Source: Setoptus koraiensis
Lineage: Eukaryota > Animalia > Arthropoda
DNA: 64,000 nucleotides
Direction of reading: 5' to 3'
Assembly (NCBI GenBank): GCA_048013815.1
Contig: CM106585.1
Coordinates: forward strand, 19,716,001-19,780,000
Every line of letters starts with the position of its first letter. Position 1 is the first letter of the stretch. Shown one piece after another: positions 34,244 through 46,285 of this stretch. The translations under genes were made by a program, and so were the position numbers. The notes under the pieces were generated by a model that did no database searches, had not been told where the DNA came from, and worked only from the letters and a program-made list of their open reading frames with translations.

Positions 34244-35815
34244 GTCATCATGACTATCACTAGGCAAACCATTGTTGTGTTACATAACTCTGTATATAGC
34301 CCTGTATTGTTGAGTGCGCGTGTGTGTATCTAGAAGTAATTGTACATTAGAGTGTAAATATTTATCAGACTTATAAGAGCGGCATGCAAACATAGATTGA
34401 TATATAATAAACGTCATGCAAATCATTTTATCTATTTCGTTTATCTACTTCATCCGGCTTGTGGATGCGCGAATGGGACCCAGATGGCGCTATGTGGTCG
34501 CAAGTGTGGTGTAACGATACTTACCGAGTGGGCTTCACTCGTCGGGTATGTTTCGGGTGTGACAACACGCGCCACGGTCTGGTATGGCAGTGTCACGGAG
34601 CCCCAATCGAGATGGCGCTAGCGAGCGATTTCGTTGACCGCGGTCCAATTTCAGAGCATCGAATGTAAGATGAGCGTGGCAATATGTAGCTTTTTGGCGA
34701 CAATATCGCTCCGTTCAGAGACAGAGAAACCGAGATAGCGGCCAAAAGCAGTGTAGCGTGTCCGCCATGTTGTTATAGGATGTATTGTGGTGTGGTTCCG
34801 TTAGACATTAGTTATGTGATTCCGATAGCCGGACAGTTATCTTTTGTCGATCTTGTGTAAATAATTCGCGCCTATGTGTGCGTGTGTATCATGCGTGTGT
34901 GTCGTGCGTGTGTGTCGTGTCAGGGGGCCGTGTAATCTTGCCAGCGCGCCGGTAGAGTGTCTGCTGGTTCGTTGCTCTCGTTGCCGTTCTTCCGTAGCTA
35001 ATTTAGCCCTTCGGTGCCTCGTCGCGCCAAATGGCGCTTTCATTCCGAGAGTCTAGACCGAGTGTCTAGCAAAGTGAGTGTGAGCTGTCGACGGAACAAA
35101 GTCATTAAAAACCTGTCGTCTCAACAATCGCCCACGAGCCTTTCGATTAGCGGGCCACTTATCGATTACAGCGAGCTCAAGGAGCGGCCTCCATTGGTTT
35201 TAATTTGTGACTCGACACTCTCTAAAAGAGAGAAACGGGCTCAATTCTTGAGAGAGAGTATCCGCGAAAAGGAAAAGTGCCTCGCACGATTATTAGCACT
35301 TTGCTCAACACACTGTTGTTGCGTTGGCTCGCTCGCCAGAGGGTTCGCCAACGTGGAGTGGGCCAGCCTCCGGTTGAACTTGGATGGGCCTCTTTAGCCG
35401 AGAGGACGCGCGGTTCCCCTCTCGGGCCCGGCAGGAAGGAACAGCCCGGCGCACAGAAACAGCTCAGCGATAACAACTGGCGACACTAGCAGCCACTTAC
35501 AAACGAACGAGAAACCACATGTTAATAGAAGGTGAAACAGGAGCATCGATCCACGGATAAAGACAGCGCGAGGGGGCCGCAAAAAAGAGCTCGCAGCCAG
35601 CCACACATGTGACTGCATTGCGAGCTGCGTTTTGTGTGTGCTCTGTGCCGATGCGCATGTGATACAGGCTCTGCGAACACGTCCGAACGAATATCCTCGG
35701 GCCCCCGTGTTTTATATACACTATTTTATATACGGTATTTTATATATGGCATTTTATATACAGTATCTCATATGCGGCCTGTACATGATACAGGGGCCCG
35801 TGCGTGCGGGCCACA

Positions 35816-35860
35816 CAATCTATGCGACTATCAATATATGCGACTATCAATCTATGCGAC
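35816..35860. repeat. 16-bp tandem repeat, about 2.8 copies (CAATMTATGCGACTAT)
   Basis: Units start at 35816, 35832 and 35848. Confidence 0.85.
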
Positions 35861-38122
35861 GGGCACGCGGTGGGGGAAGGGGGCACAGGGGTGCGCAAAA
35901 GCACAAATGTGCCCATTTAGTTCGCAACGCGCGTTTGTGTGCATTTTGGGGCACACACAAGCAGCGATGAACTGGCCCTAAAGCACCGCGCGCTTCCCAA
36001 TCATCTGATGCGAGCGCCCGTGCTAAGTGCCTCAAAATGCAATTGCACCGATATGGCCTCCCCCCGCTGCCAGCGAACACTTATCGGGCAGTGAGTCCAT
36101 GTGTGTGACCCCACAGTGTGTGCACACACTAGTGTTCGCTGGTACAGTAGTGTATGGGCACATTTTACAGTCAGCACACACATATTATATATATTTGGCC
36201 CATTATATTCGCCCTATCGTAGAAGCAGCATCAAATTGCCAGGGACCCCCAAAAAGAGAGACAAAGAGAGAGAAAGACCACAAAATCTTGGCAATCATAG
36301 GGAGGGGCGTGCAAAAATAAATTCCAGGTAATGCGCTGTCACTTTGAATATTTGCCAGTTTAATATTATGATCGGTGACTGAGTCGCCAGTTGACACAAA
36401 CAAGATTTCATTCTACAATTCGCACAATTTTCTGTCCAAATTTCCACCGCCACCTTTGGACCACGCAACACTCATACTATGACCACAATACAAGCTACAC
36501 AACCACAGAAATCATCTTATCACAGGCTTTGTGACACCCAGCAACATGAAAGACACGCGATTTTCAATTCTCAAATGATGCATCAGCATTTGTTATTCCA
36601 TGTCGGGCATATGATGCGCCTATTACAAAAGCCATCTATATAGCTATCTAACATCTGCCAGATAGCCAGCTAAAGAATCAACAACCACATCGATATAATC
36701 AAGAGCATTCGGCAAGTGCAAAATTCACCTAGTCTTATTATTAGACACACACACAAAGGTTGTATACATTTCAAAGCACCACAACAATACAACCAACAAA
36801 ATCACACGCGCTGCAATTCATCACATATCGCACACTCCATTGAGGCCCCTATTCTCATCCCATTATTCCCTATAGCAACATCGACCATATTTTATCTGTG
36901 TCTCATGTGTGTGTGTGCACCACCGAAAGCTGCTAAAACATACGTTAGCAATAACAGGCATGATAAATTATAATAAAATAATGCTTATATGCCCCCACGA
37001 TTACAACATATGAGTTCCCAACTGTCTGCTCATCACAGTCGAATAACAGATAATATAAACACGCATAATATATATAACGGTGATAATATACAACAGAAAG
37101 CGGGACGGCGCTCATACTAAGCCACAACAAGCTACAACCACAGAGAGATAGGCTAACAATTCGACAGAGACATTAGAGGCCCACTCTTTAATCTCGTTCT
37201 ATCGTGACTCAGTAAAAGATCTAGATACAAACAAACACTGGCTGTACAAGTTAATCATTCTATCCATCATAAATAACCAATAGTGAACACATTTTATACT
37301 ATTACTACCAACATAGCTAGTCAACTATTATAAAACTCGAATGAAAATCGAACAAATACTATTGCCAAAGCAGAGCTCTCATTTAAAGGTCTCAGTAGGC
37401 GATTGATAAGAAATGAATGTCTAGAATGGTAATAATAAATCTTTCAAAATATCTCGTTCATGCACTCGAGATTCGATGATTCTTTCTCTTTGATAAGACA
37501 CGTAGATGAATATAGAAACATATATTTTAATTGAACAAGAAGTATTCATCGGAGATTATTAACAATGCAATAATATCATACAACTATATATTTTATAAAC
37601 TTGTAAAAAATCTAGATTGTCAACTGACTCAACATAACAGATGAAAAAATTTTGAGCAAGTTTGATTAACTTCATGAGCTAGAGTACTAAAGCAAGTCTA
37701 ACAGTTACTAGGTCATACATGCTAACCTTACTAATGATATCAGATATAAGATTTACTGGATGCGAACGTTCATAAACTCAAACAAAGCAAAAAACCACAA
37801 TGTATTGAATTTATGTCTAAACAACGACTCGCAGATTGAATGCTCGTAAATTTAGTACAGCTATTTCGAAAAGAATACAGTCCAACAAGCGAGATCGTAA
37901 CTAAACCAAAGGCTGAATTAGTTGATGCTCACTTATGTAACTGCAATAAGTATCCAAAAAGGCAAAATTTTCTGTAACCAATCAAAGTACTCAGAGGAAC
38001 ATCGAAGAATCGATCTCAAGATGTGATAGAGCGAATATTTTCATATATCCAACTCAACAGAAAAGTATCTCTCGTCAGATGTCTTCATTTCAAATCGATC
38101 TCACATAGATAGCAACATTAAC

Positions 38123-41100
38123 ATGGATTCGTGCCACTTTCTCAACTTTTTCTTCGGTCAAAAGAAAGCAACTACTGAGATAAGTAAATGCATAAATAGT
38201 TTAACTAACCTGAAAGGCAATAAGAAATTCAAAGTCAGGGATACTTCTAGCGGTAGCTACAAAATAAAAGATATCGATGATTGTGCGGAAAATCAACCTT
38301 CATCCTCAAATCATCTATCGCCAATTAAACAACTCAAGTCGAGATTCTTCAGTAACAATCAAAATGTTCAGCCCACAAGCAATCAACGCTCCTCAATTTC
38401 AACGGAACAATATGAACAGCCTCCAGCCCTGAGCGATAATATAGAAGATGCCAAGCGCAATTCGGATCCTCGAAGATTGTCGGCAAAAAGTGAAGGTGGT
38501 GCGAATTTAGAGGATGCGGCAAACAACATTTCAACTATTTCGGTTATCGATAATGGAGCCCAAGCAAAAGGAACACACTCAACCATAATGGTCTCCAGCA
38601 ATCCGCAAGCCAATGCAAAAACTAGCGTCGTCTATGTGAATCCTCCTGTATCATCAATCGTTGTAATCTGTCCATCAAAGTCACCTCCAGATCTAGAAAG
38701 CAGGTGTGATAAAGAAAAAAGTCCTAAGTCTGAGGCTAAGGACGCTGAATATATTGAAAATTCTAGTATACAAAGTCCAACAAAACCAGCTCCCAAGATT
38801 GGCCGGAAGAAACAGCAACAGCAAATAATCTATGATGACAGTCTGGATAAGAATCTTGAAAAACCCATAGCAACTGCAATAGTGTGCGACATAATCTCCG
38901 AGAACAGGAAATTATATGCAGACAGAAAATTTAGTTTACAAGACTTAAGTTTGCTCCCGAACTTATCGCATAGTGATGGTGATGAGAATGAACAAATTCA
39001 ACAAGATGAGAACAAGTCCAGCAAATTTGTTGATAAGTTTTTGCTTGAAGGTAAAAATTCAAATGGGGTTAAAGTAAGGAGTATTTGTGAATCCTTGAGG
39101 AGATCTTCAGAGGGAAACAACAGAGTTGATTTTGCTTGTATCCAAGATTCATCCTTACAAAGTAAACGACATATGATATCGACATCCAAGCCTACAACTA
39201 TCGTGAAGCCATTGCCACCAAAAACTCCGCCCAAAAGCTCCAAAGCTCGATATTTAAATTACCAATTGAGCTTGAATTCCATTACAAAAATACAGGATCT
39301 CTTCAAAGATGAGAATTTCATCAGAAAGTTCTTCGATTACTTCGAACCCATCGATTATTGCACACTAGCTCAAGTTTGCAAGATATGGAGAAAAACATTA
39401 TATAGTAATCACAAATATTGGACAGGTATAATTAATGTCATTGATTGCAATCAACTCAGGCGTGAATGTTTGGTGGATCGTGCCACTCAAAATACCAAAC
39501 AAGAGTCTGAAGTGAATAAATTTTCAATCATGCAATCTATTGATGAAAACAATAATGAATCAGATTGGTACACAAACAAAAACGCGCAATCACCCAATGA
39601 TTGGCCATCACCACCGTCTCCATTACCAGTACCACAACAATCGATTTGTAGTCCACTAAGCCTGGAGAAGACTGTTCAAAGTAATTCATTCAGTGGGTCA
39701 GAGGAACAAAAGAAACAAGTGAATTTCGAATGCCGTGAAGAGGTTATAGTCAGATCAGACACAAACGACGTTAATGTTCCAAACGAACAGACTTACCCAA
39801 CTCCATCGAAGTCGTGCTCTATACAATCTCAAATATCGACGTCTTCCAGTGGATTATCACTTTTATCGGAGTCTAGTAAATTTGAATCGGTCAAAACTAA
39901 ATTATATAGTTCTATAGATAAAAGGGGATTCGATGCCATTTGTTTATTCGGTGAGTCTACATGTCAATGAATGCGATCTATCAATCAAAACGATATCATG
40001 AACTTTCCTAACAGATTTTCTATCTCAAAACATCGAATATTATACAGGAGCGAATGACGAGGACATACTTGATTTGGTTAATAGACTACCCCCGAGGGTT
40101 CTATCGAGAATAAAAGTGGCTCGCCTCAATAATTCAGTAAGTAGTACTTCCTCACTGTCGGTGATTTCATCTACAAAGTCGATTTATATTAATTAGAAAT
40201 ATACCTTACCATTCATTTTACCTCAGAGCATAAGTAACAAGGGTCTGGAGTCTTTCATGGCCGCCATGACGAATATAAATGAATTAGAATTATCAGGTTG
40301 CAATGAGCTAACTAACAATATCAATCTTGCACCATTGAAGAGGCTAACAAAATTAATATTCACAGATTGTATCAATATTGCTGACGGGTTTGCACCAAAA
40401 TTGAGTAATATATTCGGCCAGTTAACAGATTTTACCATACAAGCTTACCATATCACGGATGCATTTTTTGACTATTTACAATCCAACGTGACCGGGGAGA
40501 AACTCACAGTGTTGGAGCTCCCTAATTGCAAGGAGCTTTCCAATCAAAGTCTAAGGATCATAGCTAGATTCTTTCCCAATCTAAAAGTTCTTTCATTGTC
40601 TGGCTCCAGCAAGGTAATCATTTATTTTTATCGCAGTATTCTTTCTCGAGTTTGAATTCAAACTTTATATTAGAGACAAAAATCTTATTCTCAACTAACG
40701 TTAACATTTTATGCCTCCATATGAAATTTGTCAAATGCCCGCGCTTGAATAGATAAGTGATGAAGGAATAGAGATAATAGCGGAACAATCGCGCTGCTTG
40801 AATAAGTTGGATATAAGCTGGTGTACACGGGTAACAGATGCTGCTCTTGAATGCATGGCGTGCGATCTTAGCGAAAGCCTCACGGATCTAGTTTTAGATA
40901 GGTAAATCTCAATGACTTTTATTCTCATTTTTAATGAAATTCGGGCATTACTAATCGATTTTTCAACATTCTGTCCTTCAACTTCTTCATAGGTGCATAC
41001 ACATAACTGATTTAGGCTTGGGACACATTGCAACAATGACTCGTCTAAGTTCTTTGGAGATCCGATGGTGTCCACAAGTATCCGACCAAGGATTGGAAAC

Positions 41101-41287
41101 AATTATCACCATGCGTTCTTTAAGGAACCTTTCAATCGCAGGATGCCATCAGATAACAATGCGCAGTCTACTATGCCTGGTCAGATCTCAATTGATTGAA
41201 CTAGAGTTGACCAATTGCCCCTCTGTTAGTTCAGATTTAGTTAGCTATTTAAGGAAAAGTCTGCCCAGTTGCAAAATAATCTTCTGA
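38123..41287 (+). CDS. FBXL16: F-box/LRR protein 16: join(38123..39950, 40048..40136, 40227..40613, 40753..40901, 40993..41287)
   Basis: An F-box (DENFIRKFFDYF...LAQVCKIWRKTLY) and FBXL16-typical LRRs (LELSGCN, DCINIAD, QAYHITD, LDISWCTRVTD, RWCPQVSD, LELTNCP). Four in-frame GT-AG introns. Confidence 0.92.
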
Positions 41288-41986
41288 TTCAATAGCTTCA
41301 ATAATAATAAGCAGATTTATATTTTTCATAGCTATCGAACAAGTTTAGCCGCTTGGTGGTTATAATTTTATAATTGTCGTCAAGAAATTAGATGTATATT
41401 CCGTTCTCGATAGAGGATCTTTGTGCTAGACGAGATTGTATTAAGATATGTGTTTTTAAGGTTTCGATACTTTTAGGTATCGATCGCCATTTATCATCCA
41501 TGGTTTTTACAAGCTGCAATTCATTGAGAATGCAGTCTTGCATTCATACTTACAGTCATTTACCTCTACGTATGCGTTATGACTGCTTATTTCTTAGACC
41601 GTGTCTGTCGTTCACCATGCATGATAACTTTAATGTTTTATGACAGTGATAGGCTCAGCTTTGGAAAGCAACAATTAGGTGTGATATGTCCACAAATATT
41701 CTGATGAGACAGTTCCAATTTAGAGTATTTAATTTTGGCTTATGAACTTTTCCGTCTCTGTGAGACAAATATGATTTACTTATTCAATTCATTACCGTAG
41801 TTTAGGTATGGTTGTGTAAAAGCAAGTGATGACAAGCCTTCTCTCGTGGATTAAACTGTGTTCTAGGATGATAAGTTCTCTCAAATTAAGCTACCTTGCT
41901 CATTTGATCGAAACAGTACTTTATGATATTCTTGTGCTAGGTTCTTTCTTTTGTTGGGAATGCCACTCTCTAACTAAGAAACCATT

Positions 41987-44026
41987 TCAAAAGCGACCTG
42001 ACGAAAACGATGTACTCTGATGAGTGTCAGGATATATCTGTCCATTTAATGGGTGTCGCCTAGAGGGAGTATTTTGGAAACTAGGATTTTGGAATGATTC
42101 TATATTCTGGGTCGCATTGTTTTGAGACCGCATGTTGGGACGAACGCTGATTCCTGCCTTTTGGATGACATCAAAAGCTGAATTTATCATGCTGTCAATA
42201 TTCGAACCATTGACTGCTTGATTGCTTGCATTTTGACTAGGTTTATTCGCTATCTTTTCCTGTAATATAAGAGGCTCATCACTTTGCTCTTCTTTCACAG
42301 TAACTTGATGTTGCTGCTGTCTGATAGGATCGGCAAAGTTTGAGATTATGCCAGCTTGCGAAAGAATATTGAAAGCATTTGTTAATGGAGCATTGCTGGT
42401 GTCTTGGATATTAGTTTTAATATCCGTTTTCGACTCTTCTTTAACTCTAGGATTGTTAATCTGTTGTTTTAGAATTACTTTTTGGTTTTGGAGATAATGG
42501 ATGATGGATTGTAATTGAATTTCTGACATCGAACGACAATGGCCTTGTTCCAAGATTAATCGCAACGACAATTCAACATCTTTCGGCATCCTCCCCTCAT
42601 TGTTCCCTAGAGATTCTGATCGCTGCGCGTTTGTGTAAACAAAAGTTTTAGCATCCAAATTAGGCTTAGTCTCAGATTTGATATCCGGGCAACTACCTTG
42701 CGACAAATTGAATCCGAATGCGTTGTCTGCTCGTGAATATTTCATATCTACTGATGAATTGTCATACAATGGTTTGGTTTCTTCCAATTTGTATCCTCCA
42801 AGTCTCGCCTGAATGTTCGGGCCAGGATTTCTCGCGTAGGGTTCATTAGATGGTTGAGAAATTTGAGGCAGTTGAGCAAAAGCTCCGACGGGAGGACGTG
42901 AAAATTGCTCATTACGAAAGGAGGGTGGTTGTCCGTGATAAGTGCTCTGATAATCAAGGCTTATCGTTTGTATCACCTCGTCGAGACTTGTATATTTGGG
43001 AGCTAATGTTTTCAGCAACAAATGAAAGTATCCCAATAAATTTCATGTATTATCTAATCTCGAATCTCACGAGCAATGTAGAGCTCGTAACTTTAAAAAC
43101 CCTTTCAACAACAGAAGAGCTTGAGCTTATACGTTGTTTCGACTGGATGTTCACCCAATAGAGAATCTTCCAACAAGATACATAGAACAATTTTTTCCAG
43201 AAGGAATTTACTTACCTGATGTGTTCCTGATCAAATAGAGAGTTGCAGTTAGATTGATTGGATCAAGAGGACCAACAACGATGGCATACAACGTTTTTTT
43301 CTGGTATAGATCATTGAGTAGAGCGGGCAATTGATCTGATATTTCATATTGATTTCTTAAGAGAATTGTATCTACCGTTCGAATGTTGGTATCAGTTCTA
43401 ACTCTATATTCAATTCTTTGTGCATATTTCCTGTAAGTACAAATTATTCGAGGAAGAGTATTATGATATAGGTTAGAAGAGTCTCAACGCTATATGTCGA
43501 AACGATCTGGCACATATTGTATTATGACTTACTCTATGTTAGCGTCGGGAGTGGGCTCCCAGACTATCACCTCAACCTCATTACCAATGCCACCGTCTGT
43601 TTGAGGGAGGTTAGATGGGGCACGATTGGGAGCGGAAAACTCATTCGGTACACTAGCACCCCAATCATCATAATTGACTCTATTTCTCAAAGGAGGCGGA
43701 CTCCTACTTCGATCCTTCTGAAAAGTTTTTGACTTCTTTCCTGGAGGTGGTTTGTCTGTTCTATAGGCTCTTACACCAATGGTGCTCCCCAATATTTTCG
43801 TTTTGTCCTCCACGACTGCACTCAATGCCTCCTTTGGTCGAGAATACTGCAAAAATGCATAACCTGCCTTGATCGCCATCCCTTCAATTTTTCCATGCTT
43901 TTCAAATTTTTCCCTCAAGTCTGCCAATGTACAATTTTTAGGAATTTGGCCTATGAATAATCTCCTATTCTCACCTTCAGGCGAGGTTGTATCCCCCCAA
44001 ACAGTACCTGGTCTCGGCTCTGCCAT
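41987..44026 (-). CDS. NCOA5: Nuclear receptor coactivator 5/Neosin-like RRM protein: join(43533..44026, 43216..43430, 41987..43002)
   Basis: An N-terminal RRM (RLFIGQIP...GYAFLQY) followed by an NCOA5-type anticodon-binding-like domain (VEVIV...YAQRIE...VDTILL...YAIVV). Two in-frame GT-AG introns. Confidence 0.78.
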
Positions 44027-44760
44027 ATCGGTGAAAACGAACTAGGCTTTCAAACAATAATGGAGGTGTATACTCTATGTTCTAGCTGGAAGATCGAGAT
44101 CAAAAAGGTTCTACTATAGTGTATGAAAATTCTATGAGAATAAAAATTAACTAAAGGGCAAAATACTTGGAGGTAATTCTTGGAGTTAATAACATTTATT
44201 AAACGGTCAGTGGTTATTTGTAGTGTGATTCTCGATACCGATTTGCTATGTTATTGTTCTCATCATCTCAAATTTGTCTCTTTTATTGTCATTAGGATTG
44301 AATCCACAATCGAACGCAGATTTCCACCGCTAGGTGGCAACTTATCGGCGGCCATTTTGAATATTTCGAAAACTCAGATTTCAGAATCGATGGGGGACTG
44401 CCGACCTACAGTAGCAGTGAAAAGATGGGAGACGTTCTACCGAGGAGATTTTTCCGACGGTAGCGCTCGTCCCTTTTTTACCATTTTTTGCCGATTCTTG
44501 AAAAGAAAAATCAGACGGGAGACTGGTGAAAAACTTGGGACAAGCAGCGCTTTCGTAAGTAGGATCAAACTTGAGAACCCGTGGCCCGAACATTAAAGGA
44601 GAAATGCAAATTTGACGAGCTCAAGCCATTTCAAGACAATGCATCGGTGGGTATGATGTGTTCAAAGGCAGACTAGGCATTTGGATTCAATTTGCCATTG
44701 GGTGGTTGCCCGGATATCAAATGTAAAGATAAAAGATAATTTAGATCAAGCAACATTTTA

Positions 44761-46285
44761 AAATTATAACCACCAAGCGGCTAAACTTGTTCGATAGCTA
44801 TGAAAAATATAAATCTGCTTATTATTATTGAAGCTATTGAATCAGAAGATTATTTTGCAACTGGGCAGACTTTTCCTTAAATAGCTAACTAAATCTGAAC
44901 TAACAGAGGGGCAATTGGTCAACTCTAGTTCAATTAATTGAGATCTGACCAGGCATAGTAGACTGCGCATTGTTATCTGATGGCATCCTGCGATTGAAAG
45001 GTTCCTTAAAGAACGCATGGTGATAATTGTTTCCAATCCTTGGTCGGATACTTGTGGACACCATCGGATCTCCAAAGAACTTAGACGAGTCATTGTTGCA
45101 ATGTGTCCCAAGCCTAAATCAGTTATGTGTATGCACCTATGAAGAAGTTGAAGGACAGAATGTTGAAAAATCGATTAGTAATGCCCGAATTTCATTAAAA
45201 ATGAGAATAAAAGTCATTGAGATTTACCTGCCGAAAAATGCGTCCGTGATGGTGAAATTCGTTACACGGCCAAACATATCATTTAATTTCGGTGCAAACC
45301 CGTCAGCAATATTGATACAATCTGTGAATATTAATTTTGTTAGCCTCTTCAATGGTGCAAGATTGATATTGTTAGTTAGCTCATTGCAACCTGATAATTC
45401 TAATTCATTTATATTCGTCATGGCGGCCATGAAAGACTCCAGACCCTTGTTACTTATGCTCTGAGGTAAAATGAATGGTAAGGTATATTTCTAATTAATA
45501 TAAATCGACTTTGTAGATGAAATCACCGACAGTGAGGAAGTACTACTTACTGAATTATTGAGGCGAGCCACTTTTATTCTCGATAGAACCCTCGGGGGTA
45601 GTCTATTAACCAAATCAAGTATGTCCTCGTCATTCGCTCCTGTATAATATTCGATGTTTTGAGATAGAAAATCTGTTAGGAAAGTTCATGATATCGTTTT
45701 GATTGATAGATCGCATTCATTGACATGTAGACTCACCGAATAAACAAATGGCATCGAATCCCCTTTTATCTATAGAACTATATAATTTAGTTTTGACCGA
45801 TTCAAATTTACTAGACTACGATAAATGTGATGAATCACTGGAAGATGTCGATATTTGAGATTACATAACTTTCTGATGAATTCTCATCTTTAAATCTGAT
45901 ATCCTGTATTTTTGTTACGGAATCTAAGTTCATTTGGTAATTTGACTATCGAGCTTCGGAGCTTCTGGGCGGAGTCTTTGGTGGCAATGGCTTCACAGTA
46001 GTTGCAGGATGTCAGTATCAGATGCCGTTGTGAGTTTCTGCATCATCCCGAGGATCTGGATCTTGGCACCCTCGATTCTATCTTTTGGAGTAAACGGATG
46101 TTCATTAATGTCCCTATTGTGACGGAAACTAGGAGAATTGATTGCTAGTGGGTTGAACATTTTGATTGTTACTGAAGAATCTTGACTTGAGTTATTTTAA
46201 TTGCGATAGATTATTTGAAGATAGAGGTTGTTTTACCGCCTGATCATTAATATCTTTTATTTTGTAGCTGCCGCTAGAAGTATCC
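44761..46285 (-). pseudogene. Inverted, internally deleted copy of FBXL16 (parent span 38238-41369)
   Basis: Reverse-complement identity to the parent 3' UTR, exons and introns. The 5' part is diverged and contains stops. Confidence 0.95.

Noticed and set aside
44180-44740. Coding-like pieces upstream of NCOA5 (TLKEKCKFDELKPFQ, faintly like a helicase Q-motif region)
   Set aside because: Too short and too weak to assign without a translated search.
44761-46285. Retrocopy origin of the FBXL16 duplicate
   Set aside because: It keeps parent introns (for example 39951-40047, 40137-40226 and 40902-40992) and has no poly-A tail.
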